NCBI RefSeq assembly: GCF_026210795.1
Contig: NC_089433.1
Location: forward strand, 5,704,001-5,768,000
DNA: 64,000 nt
Origin: Rhizophagus irregularis
Lineage: Eukaryota
Direction of reading: 5' to 3'
The notes under the pieces were generated by a model. That model was not told the origin of the DNA and did not search any database. It saw only the letters and a list, made by a program, of their open reading frames with translations. The number at the start of each line of letters is the position of its first letter. Position 1 is the stretch's first letter. This document shows positions 40,017 through 52,303 of this stretch, piece by piece. The position numbers and the translations under genes were made by a program.

Positions 40017-41718
40017 AATTAAATGTTGTTGTTTGTTGAAATTGAAGCATTGTTATCCCCCTTAATAACAGTGCTTTTTTGTTTTTTATTTGTGTTATTT
40101 TCTTGATTATCATATATTTGTTCAAATTTAGTACTCATATTTTGTAACATGTCCATCATTTTTTTCATTGTATCATCAGCTTGGTTCATTCGATTTGAAA
40201 GAATATAAACATTATTAGCAGCGTTACTTTCTGAACTGCTGCTTTCTTCATTTCTAGTACGTTTGTTATTACTATTAAAAACTACTCCTCCTCTTTTTTT
40301 ACTTTGATTTTGATTTGTATTTTTTGTTGTATCTTTAAGATTTGGGTTACTATGAACCTTAATCAAATTAAGCTCATTTCTCATCGCCGCTTGTTCTTTA
40401 TACATACAATCCATCATATCTTTAATTTTTCCAAAGTCATTTTTAATATCCTGTAAGTTATTGTTAGTCTGTCTATGATACCATTCTTCTTTTTCTTTAT
40501 CTTTCATATGTATTGAACCTCCTTTCTGAGTACCATGCAAAACATCACGTGATCTTACATTTGGCCGCGTTTTAGGTAGTTCATCCCATTCATGCATTCC
40601 TACTTCATTCATAATAAAATCTTTTTCATCATCAAAAGAATTTCTATTATCATCATCACCTCCATATAAATCATGATTTATATTGTTTCTATTCCAAGAT
40701 CTATCTACATACCTACCATTCTGATTACCATCTCGCGCATTATCAGCATAATAATCTCTTTTTCTAAATTTTCTATTACCCTGTGCTACCATATGAGCAT
40801 ATGTAGCAGGGTTACTATAATTGTTTGCTCTATTTCTTGTAAAACGATTTTGACGAATCTCTTTAATCTGTCTAAAATATTCATTCTTTCTCATTGGTCT
40901 TGTACGAGGGGGCATATAATCACAGTCTCTTATATAATGGCCTGTATATCCACATCTAAAACATGACTGCACACTGGGATCTGACCATTCAGTCTGTTTG
41001 TTTCTTACTAAAAAAATTTTTTGAGTAGCAGCAACCATCGCTACTTCGTCTTTAAAATATACATAAGTATACTTTTGTGTATCATTAGTATATGTATTCC
41101 GAGGAATATAAAATTCTACAACGCTATGATGATCTATAAATTTTTTAAATTCTACAGCCTGTGCATTAGGGGGGAGTCCATTTAACTTCATACAAAATTG
41201 CTTAAGTCCTTCTTTAATATTTTTATCCATTAAAAATGGAGTAACATATAACATTTCGCCATAGACCCAAAGCACGTGATTATCATAAAATCGATGAACA
41301 CTATTAGCATCTTTGAAGGTAATATAAACTACTTGGCGATTTGGTGCATATGCATGAGGCCTTCAAGAATAACATTTCTCTTCTTCTAATTCACTATATT
41401 TACGCATAAAGGGTTTAATTATAGTAGTAGTCAAACGAAGTGATGCATTAAATACTTGTATGACCTTATCTTGCGAATTTCCATTATTTTGTTTTTGTCG
41501 TATACGATTTGTTATAATCTCTTCAAAAAAATAATCTATACCATCACATCGATAAGGAGTTTCTTGTAAATCTTTCCATGTTTGTTGAGAGATTAATGTT
41601 GCTTGTAAAGAAATTCCTGTAATAATCTTATTAACTTTTTTTTGGCTATCATTCATTTGTGTAACTGTTCCTTCTGGAACTTTTTAAGTTATAATTTGAA
41701 CTTGAAGACTAATAATAT

Positions 41719-44700
41719 CGAGGGGTGAGGGGGGCCAACTTATTTGTTGTGTAACCAATGTATCACCATCATAACTGTCCACCCCTGAATTTTATACCGA
41801 TTTTTTTTTTGTTATATAATTATAATATCAAAAAAATATTCCAAGCCTACAACTTGTAATATACAACGTTTCTAAAAGCCGATGTTTGAGTATAGATTAG
41901 CACACTTGAGAACTGTTTAATACCAAAGTTTCATAATCTTTGGTGCATTATTGGCTTTCTGGTTAGTTCAAATATGGTTAATTAAGGGTTTTTGTGTAAT
42001 TAATTTTTTTTTCTCGGTTAGAAAATTAATAAAACAAACAAATTTTTTTAGTTGTAATAATTTTTTTTATTATATTTATTCGATATATTGTTTACATTTT
42101 CACTATTCTATAGAAATAGTTTTTTTTTAAGTGCTTCATCAGTAAAAGATGTCCAGTTTTTTAAATTGGAAATAATTATAGGTACCAATTTTTGTTTTTT
42201 TTTATATGGCGTTGAAATTCCGAATGCCCATATTAACCACAATAATTCTGATACTAAAAACATCTTGGTGAATGAATCTTTTGCTTCTTTAAGCTGCACC
42301 CATAGCCTAAGTTGTTCCAAAGCGTGAATAGGATTAGAAGGTAAATTACCCTTCTTCATGAGAGAAGGTTTTTTATTTTCTGTTGTAGAATAACTTGAAC
42401 GCATTGTTTTCAAGTTTTCTCTTAAACTTGCAGTACCTTTTTCTGGAATATAATTGTTAACTTCTCTGCACGTTTTTTGACGACTTCTCATGTAGATTGA
42501 GATACATCGTTCATAAATAAACCCAAGTTCATCATTTTCCAATTCGACATTATTATCCATTGATGATTTCAAAATTGTTACAAACATTTGGTTCAGAGGT
42601 GAATTAGAAAGGAGACTATTCGTCACATAGCGTAAAATGTTTGGTCCTAATTCATTACTTTTTTTAAACATTTCGATTACTAAAGATTTTAAATAATACA
42701 TAAAACGAATGAATTCAGGTCCAGGTATAATGTTGGTGGTCTGTGATTTTGTTTCTGTCACATATTCAACCTTTTCTGTACGGAGAGCTTCAAGTAAAGT
42801 GCGCATAATTGAAAACTTTGGATGGGAATTCATTAAATGGTCTCTTTTAAGTAATTTAAATAGTACCCAGCCAATAATATATGAAAATTTTAATGATTCC
42901 GCTTGATTTAAGGTAATGATATCCCTAGGAGTTAATGTGGAATCTGCACGTTCTTCTATATTTCCATTTTCGTGATTATTACCTTTAAATGTCTCGTCTA
43001 TTACTTTGCGAACAAGAAAATAAGCAACTAATCTTTGTGTTGTTGTAGTAGAATGATTTTGTATAATAACCTCTTGAAATTCCAAAAACCAAATGCCGGA
43101 ACACAAATAATTATTCAAACTAACTTCCAGTTGAGTAATCCATGTAGGTGACCAAAGTTTTCCCTTTTTTTTAGGAATTAATTTTAAAACAATATTTTTA
43201 ATATTATCGTTCCATTTTTCTAATAAAGAAAAAATTCTATTATTATAGAGACATGAATTAAAGAACTGCTGGCGCTCTTTTTGGAAAAATGAGACCTTTT
43301 GATTTAATTGATTAATATCTTCACTGAAAGATAATGTCTGAATTTCAATTCTTCCCATAAACAGATCATCTAAAAGAAGAGCTTTAAAAATTTTTTGTAC
43401 AAAAGGTGGCATATTGGATAATTGTGTAGTACTACTTAATAAAGTAGAATGCATACTATTATTCTTTGACATTTTAATTCTATAATCGCTTAATTTAACA
43501 AAAAAAAAAAAAATTAAATTATTTTCATTTAAATACAAATATTAATTTAAAAACAACTTACTATCTAGTAAGATAATCAAATTCCATTCCAGTTTGATTT
43601 GCTTTTCCGTAGTTAACACTTTGTAATTCAGAAGTCATTCTTGCAGTGACCTGAAATTTATTTAATGCATGTCCGTATCCTTTTAATATCTGTGTTGATG
43701 AATCACCTCCAAGCTGTCGAATTGTTCCAAATAGTCCTTCTAACATATCTTGTGATACTCGGCGTGGTTCAATAGTTGAATTTGGATGCAAGGTGAAAAT
43801 CTCTTTTGTCATTCCCAAAAAACCTTGGATAGATAAAAGTAAATCAAACTGGCACTGTGATGAAATCCAATTTATTGCACTGATTTTTTGATGATCTCTA
43901 ATTACAAACCAATCATAAATTTTTTTTAAGGTTTGGAGACGAGAATCTGCAAGACCTTCTAAGGGCTTTTTACTATGAAATATTTGCCGGTATAGACATG
44001 AATAATGTACAAATTCCTATATTTAAATAAAGGTTAATATTAATTAAGATACTAGTAATGTTTATTTTATTTAATTACCCTTGTTCCTGTTGATATTTCT
44101 TTAAGTTCATCAATTAAATTCATTGCATTTTCAACATCCTTGGATAGAGTATGTTCAGCAAGATCAACTCGCATCTTGCTCCATGAAGTAAGCCAAATAT
44201 GACGTTTGGTAAGTCGGCTAATTCTTGCTGTTGAATTTTGAGCAGTATACTCATAAACACCTTGGATATGACGCCAACTGACTTCTTTTCCATCTATCAT
44301 AATTTCTCTAATATTTCGACCTTGACCTTCTCCAATGTGACTTTTTGAAAGATTATTTCAAAGTTTTTTGAAAACGTGTGTGGGATCACTAATAAAAAAC
44401 CATGGTATACCAGTAATTGGATTTATTGTTTTATAATTTGTCCAATGTATTTGAGCATCATAAAGAGGTCGAACATTCATATCTTGAGATACAACTGCTA
44501 CTTTCCATCCTTCTTTATTAGAAGAAATTGTAACGTTAAACATTTGTGCTTCAAGGTCAACATTTGTAATAATAGCTGTATGCCATTTATTATCTTTAGG
44601 ACTTTTAAATTCACACAAATCATTAATATTCCAATTCTGTTTAATAGGCATTAGTTGCCTTAATGAGCTGCGATTAACTTGAAGTTCACTAGAAATGGAT

Positions 44701-47229
44701 GAATCTAATAATTGTACTGTAAATTTGCTACGATCAAGACTTGTTGCTATAATTTTAGCACGTTCATAATTATTTTTTCCAATATCAACTTCAACAATAT
44801 CCCCTAAAGACCATGAAAAAGCCCACCAGTCAAAACTTTTGATGTGATTCCTATTTTCTCCAGCACCATCACAAACAGATCCATAAGTATGAATGCCAAT
44901 ACATTCAAGATTTGCCGCAAGTTGAAAAAGTATTTTATTAATTTCGTGTGCATCAAGAGTATTAATTCCATAATATGCTATAGGGTATGCAAAGTTATAA
45001 GTAGCTGAATGCCAAATAATTTGATGCACTTGTGTTGCTAAATCTCGGTTATTATCTTTCAAATTAGGTAAGTTGCTTGTGTTTTCCCCTTGCAGCTCTT
45101 TTTCACATTGTATTATAAATGATTGTAATTCTTCTTTCTCATTTTCAAAATCCAAGTATCCAACATAACGATTATCCCGCTGACTCCAAAGTAAACCTAT
45201 TAAATATTAAACAAGTAAATAAATTCTTTTTAAATATACAATTTGGTAGCAAAACTAACCTTTTTGAATTTTAAAAGAGTCGTGAGAAAAAAATCCAATT
45301 CGACCATGGTTACCAATATTTTCTACAGCCATCTTTTCTAGTATATGGTATGCAGTTTTAATCTGCCATCCTGAGCATTGTTGGCTTTCATTTATATAAT
45401 TTTTTATTGTAGATACTGAAGGTAATCGCATAATACCTTTCATCGCTTCATAAGCAGTATTGCCTGCCCGACTATACACAGAAATAGCCCATCGCAAAAA
45501 CCTAAAGAAATTAAAGTAATTTATTATTATATAATTTAATTAATTGTATTTTTTTACACTTACATTGGATGATATCTCACTCCATTTACTTTTCCACTTT
45601 GGATTCTAATTAGTTCTTGAAACATCGGATTAAAGGAAGAAAGATCAACTTTCTTTTCTCTAACATCACGAGCTACTTTTTTGGCTATTTGACCTAGCTC
45701 TTCTGATACTACTTCTTCCTCCTCTTCTACCTTTTGTTGAAGCTGAAGTTGTAAATTACGTATTTTTTGTTCCTGACTTGTAATTTTCTTTAAAATAAAC
45801 AAATTAATATTAGTTTCTTATTTTTTTAAATTAACATATTTTATCATAATAATTACCTTTCTTTGAATTTGAATTTTTTTAGACAGAACTTCTTGAGAAG
45901 CATGAGCAGACTTGAAATGTAAAGTATCCATAAAATTTCGATTTTTGATTTTTATTAGCGTATCCTTCAATTTTTGACAATTTTTGCACACATTTGTTTC
46001 AGTTACTAACAAATGACAGTCTATTCTCCTATAGGCTTCTTGAGGTTGATTTTGGTTCTCCAGGATAGCAAATGGTTCGTGAATATTATTAGAATTTTTT
46101 TGATTCCTCACAAGATGAATTCCGCGAAGTTGAACCACTTTTTCGAATCCTAAAATATAAAAATCTTTTTTAAATTAATATGTAAATTAAAATTAAATTA
46201 ATAATAATTAAATACCTTCAGTCTTTTGTCCTGTGCATATTTTCGTCATAGATATATAATGAATTATCCTACTTATCTCCGAAATGGTTCTTTCACTTGT
46301 AATTCCTGTTTCTATTCCATTTATTTCTTTGACACTTTTTTTCAAGACGTATAACTCATAAGAGATTAAGTTTTTTTGCCATTTAATAATTAAATACTTT
46401 TCTATTTTCTGTTCTTTTCCAAAAAATGTAACGCCAATCCCATTAATAATGTCTCTTATCCCTACACCAAAAAACTCTGTCTTTATTAATGATGTAACTT
46501 CTGCAATATTGATCGAATCACAATTTTTCCAATATGAACTTTGCTCTGTTCTTAACAACGAAGCTAAATTGGAACCAGAAGAGTTTGGTTCAAAAAAAAT
46601 TGTAGCAAGTGCCGATCGTTCACCACTAAATATTTTTCTAACTTTAAGAAATTTTATCCAAGAACCAAAAGTACCAAATTTTTCGCCTGTTTTTTTATCA
46701 AAAACATAAAAAATCTTGTCTTGTTTGTCATAAATCAAGAGCCCCTCTCTATATTGCTTTTTTCTGTAAAAAAAATAAACTGGCTTTCCGTTAAATTTTG
46801 GCTGAAGACGGTACAAATCTTGAAGGGCTTCGAGATGCTTAGTTTTTTTGATACTTGAGAAATATTAACTTCACTTAATACACGTTTCTAAAAATATAAA
46901 AAAAGAATAAATCAATAAATATATTGGTAAAAAGGCTTAATTTGTACTTTTTTTACCATAATTACTGAATTAAAATCGCCGATGGAGTTTATTTTTTCTC
47001 AGAGAAGCGCGTCTGCAATTTAAAGTACTTGTATATGCTGAGGAGGATCTGATAGGTATCACGTTTTAAAGGATGGCATGTTGGCTTAGCTAATTTTTTT
47101 AATTGCAGGGGTTTATTGTAGGCGGATCAATGCATTTTTATAATAATGTATATGAATTTTATATGTAGGACAGTTTTGTTGATTAGGAATATTATTGTGT
47201 AACCTTAAGTTGGCCCCCCTCACCCCTCG
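41719..47229 (-). mobile_element. P-superfamily (THAP9-like) DNA transposon inserted in LINE ORF1
   Basis: Perfect 24-bp TIR CGAGGGGTGAGGGGGGCCAACTTA; 7-bp TSD ATAATAT (41712-41718 and 47230-47236); excision rejoins ORF1 as ...EDII|SLQVQ. Confidence 0.92.
42108..47080 (-). pseudogene. Multi-exon P-element-type transposase with premature stops (5' end approximate)
   Basis: VRYHPM/F.RWA, LPSVSTI, FSHDSFKIQKG, VCDGAGENR, FFISDPTHVFKKL*NNL, KMRVDLAEHTLS, SQDMLEGLFGTIRQLGG; GT-AG introns between the ORF-track fragments. Confidence 0.85.
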
Positions 47230-48220
47230 ATAATATCTTCTTGTTTAAGCATAGAATCTTCGAGAATACTATTTTGTACAATCTTCATAAACTTTTTATA
47301 TTCATCAATATTATCAGAGCTGTTGATCGGCACTTTAAGTATGGCAATGATTTTATTATTTTCTAATTTATGAAATTGATTAGTGTCGTCATCTTGCTCA
47401 TCTATAATCATTTCTATATCGGGTAAGATAACTTGCTGATTGTTTACAATTTGGTCATTTGATGTAATATTGTTATGATCGACAGATGTTTAACCAATAG
47501 CAGAACTAGATGTTTGTTTGTTAGATACATCATTATTTACGTCTAGATTTTGGTCTGTTGATTGGCCCGCTGTGTTTGTACTGACTTTTTTGGACGAAGA
47601 GACCAAGAATACTGGTGACGACGTATTTTGTAAAACTTGATTATTGGTATTAAAACTAACTTATTATTTCTTTTTACAAAGTTCACGTCTGCTAGAAGCC
47701 TCTTTAGGTTCTAGCGGTTCATTTATATTAGTTTGCAGAGGAGTAACAATATTGTCAGGTTCCTTTTTTTTTTGAAGAAACTACAGGGCCACCGTCATTT
47801 TTATCTTGGACCAAGTTTTTGGCCATTTCTGAACAAGTACGTTGTGAGAGAGGGGCGTTGGCGTCGCCATATTGTTCATATCAAAAGTAATTTCAACAAA
47901 GCCTGGGTACAAAGAGCTAAAATATGCCAGTTTTTTATAAACACTTTTCTTAAAAATTTTGGTAAATGACAGGAGCAGTTTTTTCAAATTCCCCTGATGA
48001 TTAAATTATTATTAACACCATTATAATGTTTAAATGAAAAAACAAAAATAAATTTGGAATTCAATTTGCTGATCAGATTAGATTTGGTATGAAAATTTGT
48101 TGATCCTATTTTTGGTATTAGCAATTTGATTGGCCAATGTTAGTTTGTTATTATCAAAATATGGGCATGATTTGCACAATTTTTTTTCCGGAAGTATTAT
48201 AGTACTTATTAATAGTACTA

Positions 48221-48268
48221 GACAGGACAGGACAAGACAAGACAGGACAGGACAGGACAGGACAGGAC
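48221..48268 (+). repeat. (GACAG)n microsatellite
   Basis: About 9 pentamer units. Confidence 0.95.
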
Positions 48269-48696
48269 ATGGACAGAACTCTTAAACCACAATTTTGTGA
48301 TTTAGAGCTTCCTGTGGTACTTTTATGTCATATTAAGTTTAACCATCAAATTGTAGGTTTTTTGGTAGAATTTAATTTTGTTGATCATTTTTATTTACTG
48401 AATTTAAAAAAAAACATTTCAATCGCAAATTCACAATTCATTATAACAAAAAAAAAAAATTTTATTTTTTAATAATGTTGTGTTAACATGTAATAAGTGA
48501 TTAATAAAAAAATATTTTGAAACATTTTTTAATTATTTTAACAAAAAAAATGTTGCAAAACCATTTTTTATTAATAAAAAAAACAGTTTCGCAACATTTT
48601 TTAATTGTTTTAATAAAAAACATTGTGAAACTGTTTCTTTAATAATAATTTTATAAAAAAATGCAAAAAACATCGCAAAAATGTTTTTTATTAGGT

Positions 48697-48985
48697 CCAT
48701 CACTCCTTTCGTCTCCCATCACTCTTTTTCGTCTCCCATCACTCCTTTTCATCTCCCAACACTTCTTTTTGCCTCCCATCACTCCTCTTCATCTTTCCAT
48801 CACTCTTTTTGCCTCCCATCATTCCTCTTCATTTTTCCATTACTCTTTTTCGTCTCCCATCATTCCTTTTCATCTCTCATCACTCCTCTTCATCTTTCCA
48901 TCACTCTTTTTGTCTCCTATCATTCCTTTTCGTCTCCCATCATTCTTCTTCATCTTTCAATCACTCCTTTTCGTCTCCCATCACT
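48697..48985 (+). repeat. Minisatellite of about 20-21 bp (CCATCACTCTTTTTCGTCTC-like); may belong with the GACAG tract to one non-autonomous element at about 48217-49050
   Basis: About 14 degenerate pyrimidine-rich units. Confidence 0.85.
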
Positions 48986-49149
48986 GGTCATTTTTTTTTA
49001 CAATAACTTCCACTTAAAGATCTTTCAAAATTATGTCAAGCTCCCTCATGAAAATGACCTCTTGTTATATTAAAAAATAACAATACTATAAATTAAAAAT
49101 ATAAATAATTATATAATTCCAAATTCTTGGATTAAAAAATTTTTTATTT

Positions 49150-49599
49150 TTAATATTTGCGATTTATTAGTAATTTCTTTTTTTTTCTGTATTCGCGATT
49201 TTTAAGGTTTCTCATAACTTTTTTATATTTTTGAAGCGGATATAACTCTTCATGTTCTTTTTTAATTTTTATTGATTTTTCAATATATGGCAATTTGTTT
49301 TCTTTTGTCGTGTTATTCCACATATTTCCTATTATTTTCGACAATTCACGAGATGTAGTGTTGGGATATTTTAATTTTACAAGTTTAAATATTTCACTTT
49401 TAAATAAAATAAATGAATTAGGTGGTTTTTTTGTAAGTAATTCAAAATCATACAAAACATAAAGTGGTACATTTATGTTATTTATTCTTTTAATGGCTTT
49501 TTCAGAATTTTTGAATAACGATTTATTAATAAGAACAGGTATATAGTCATTTTGAATATAAAAAATATCCTTTGTATTATATAAATTAAATAAAGACAT
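49150..49599 (-). CDS. HMG-box protein (SOX/TCF/MATA type), intronless
   Basis: KKPPNSFILFKS...YPNTTSRELSKIIGNMW...KLPY...KKEHEELYP..KY followed by a basic tail. Confidence 0.92.
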   Translation of the reverse strand: MSLFNLYNTKDIFYIQNDYIPVLINKSLFKNSEKAIKRINNINVPLYVLYDFELLTKKPPNSFILFKSEIFKLVKLKYPNTTSRELSKIIGNMWNNTTKENKLPYIEKSIKIKKEHEELYPLQKYKKVMRNLKNREYRKKKKLLINRKY

Positions 49600-50316
49600 A
49601 ATTTACAAAAAATTGAATCTTCGTTATATATAATGAAATTTTTTTGTAAATATAAATACATATATACAAATACATATCAATAAATTAATAATACGACTAA
49701 TAATTTAATAAAAACAAAAAAAATAATTAATTTTTTTTGATCATAATAACATTAATCGTAATACTTATTATAATACAATTAAACAAATAATTTGTAATAA
49801 GAATACATTATTAAGTATAATTTAAGTAGAGACAATTATCGATTTACATTTTAGTATATATAATACATATTAATTAATTATAATACAACACAATAATTCA
49901 ATGAAATGAAAGAAATTGAAATACTTTGAAAATATAATAGAAATATAACATAATTTTAGTATAAATTACTAAAATACAATTTAGCAACAACTACACATTA
50001 CGGTGTAAAATTTATTATAAATACGATAATGATTTAAATTCTAGTAATTTAATAATAATACGATAAAATAATTCAATGAAATGAAAGAAATTAGTTTTTT
50101 TTTTTGAAAAAAAGATAAAATTTAAAATTAGTTAGTAATACTTATTAAATACGATTAAACAATTAATCAAGTGACAAAAATTAAACTTCAATACATAATA
50201 AAATAAAATTAAATACGATTATTTATTTAATTACAATAATACTGAAAAGTTTTATTTATTTTTTCAATACTGGCATTAAAATATATTTATGTATATATAG
50301 GTCACATAAATTTACA

Positions 50317-51684
50317 ATGTTATCAAATAAAATGGCAACCCTTCCGAAATCTCCCCAGGAAAATCAGTTTACAGTTGCCGATATTCCAAAAGATAATATA
50401 TTGGAAATTAAAGAAATAATAAAAAACCCAATATTTAATGAATATTATATCAAAATAAAAGAATTAATAACGGAATATAGAAAGGATACAATATATCACA
50501 TATTAATTCCTTCTTTATTAGCCATTTCACATCACGCATTAATTAATGAAGGATTTTTAAATAATAAACATGAAATTAATTATAAAATTAAATTTAATGG
50601 TAAAACTAAAAGCTATAATTATATTATCGGCAACTCATCTAAGGAGAATAAAGTCAAACCCAAAGATAACTTTGCTTAAATTATTGGTTACGATATAACG
50701 AATCTTCCTGAGTTAGCTCGATTATTAGCCGTAGCAAATCACTTGACAGAAGATTCGGTTAATCAACACTTAGAATGGATGAAATTGAACACTTATACCT
50801 TTAAGTACAAAGAAAAAAATATGAATAGAATAGAATATACAGGTCAAATACAAAGCTTATTAGAAGACCTTACCTGGCAAAATGAATATATTAATGGATG
50901 GAATAAATTAGTTAGATATTTTTTATTGGGAATCATGATGTATGGATACTACCAAAATGATTTAAGTAAATCAATAAAAAAAAATAAAAAAGCAAAACAA
51001 CAAAAATCAAATTTTTTGAACGAGCTAAATAAAGCAGTTTCTAAATGCACCAATAGTATAATGGAAGAAAGTAAAACTAGTACTACAATTAATTCTGCTT
51101 TAGAAATAATTAAAATGGATAATGAATCTGCTGATAGTAAACTAACAAAGGAAGAATTAATTAAAAAACTCAAGGGTCATTTAAAGTTTTCATATTACTT
51201 ATTTTATTTTGTTAGAATGTTTGGATATGTATCATTGATAGCTTCAGTTTCTCCAGATCTGGCAGACAAACTACTAAAATCAATTAATCCAAAAAATTTA
51301 AACGAAATTAATAATTCTTTTAATGATTTAAAAGAAATTGATTTAGGAAAAGATCTAATCGCAAAAAATGCAGAATATGGAAATATAATTTGCAGAACAG
51401 TAATTGAATGCAGTCAAACTATGAAAATACATAACGATAAATTAAAAGAAGGCTTAGAGGAATTAATTGATCGTTATGCTTTTAATACTTATAGTAACAT
51501 AATATTCGAAGAAATAAATATTAATAATGAGAATAACTACAGAAGCGAATTTAATGCAATATCAGACGACGACGATATAAGCATGGACGAGGACGAGAAA
51601 AATAAAATAATGGATAAATTAAATGAAGATATACAAGATTTAAAAAGAAAATCAAGCATTGGTTCAAAGAAAATTGATCGATGA
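50317..51684 (+). pseudogene. Intronless ORFan of about 455 codons with one in-frame TAA (50677-50679)
   Basis: ORFs 50317-50679 and 50743-51684 are in the same frame and separated only by that stop. Confidence 0.7.
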
Positions 51685-52235
51685 GAAAGAAACTGGTTAG
51701 TAATAAACGGATAAATAAAACAACCGCTCCTTATAAAAAAAATAGAACACGTGGAAATAAAACCAAAAATAAAACCTTTAATTTAGAAGCGTTTAATACA
51801 GAAAGCCAGATAATTGATGACATTAAAAAAAATGAAATGCGTTCTCATATAAAAACTATTCGTAATGCACTTGACGAAAACATTTATAATGAATTAATTA
51901 AAAAATCAAGTGAAATTTTACATTAATACAATAATTTGAATGAAAGTGATGCAAAATTAGCTTCACAATATTCAACATTTAAAGAATTTATAGATTACAA
52001 TCATGTATTTATAATGGAAGAAAAAGAAAAAGAGATCATACAAAAAAATGTTATTGATTTTCGATCAGAATTAAATAATCTTCAACAAACTCAATTCAAT
52101 AACAACTTCAATACAATTACATCACAATATCAAAATAACGTTGGCTTTGATTGTTTAAATGATGATGATAAAAATCTTTTTATATTGAATGAAACAGTTA
52201 TTTATTGCAACAATTCTAATTTTTTTACACAATAG
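51681..52235 (+). pseudogene. Intronless ORFan of about 184 codons with one in-frame TAA (51924-51926)
   Basis: ORFs 51681-51926 and 51936-52235 are in the same frame; ATGA overlap with the upstream ORF. Confidence 0.6.
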
Positions 52236-52303
52236 TATTATCATTTTTTACAATACAATTTTTTATATAAATTTGACTTCTTGTCAATTGATAACAAAAT
52301 TCA

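Larger units (their letters stand above)
34019..47994 (-). mobile_element. Full-length degenerate non-LTR retrotransposon (ORF1 with RRM and CCHC; ORF2 with APE, RT, RNase H, Zn knuckle), interrupted by a P element
   Basis: Poly(A) tail (T-run at 34019-34043); identical 20-bp flanks at 33999-34018 and 47995-48014; ORF1 CFRCGYTGHYIRDC. Confidence 0.93.

Noticed and set aside
34861..46709. Plus-strand ORFs inside the LINE and the P element
   Set aside because: Antisense shadows of the minus-strand coding sequences
47994..48030. CTGATGA hammerhead-ribozyme core next to the LINE 5' end
   Set aside because: No stem II followed by GAAA; the motif is just the start of the 20-bp flanking repeat
48661..49073. 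Three overlapping S/F/H/P-rich ORFs
   Set aside because: Artefacts of the pyrimidine-rich minisatellite being open in all three frames
18504..49599. Canonical Mucorales sex locus or AM-fungal homeodomain MAT locus
   Set aside because: No triose-phosphate transporter, RNA helicase or homeodomain gene is visible in the window
11963..51926. Alternative genetic code or programmed read-through explaining the in-frame stops
   Set aside because: Both TAA and TGA are involved, TAA ends intact genes here, Trp is encoded by TGG, and frameshifts co-occur; mutational decay is simpler
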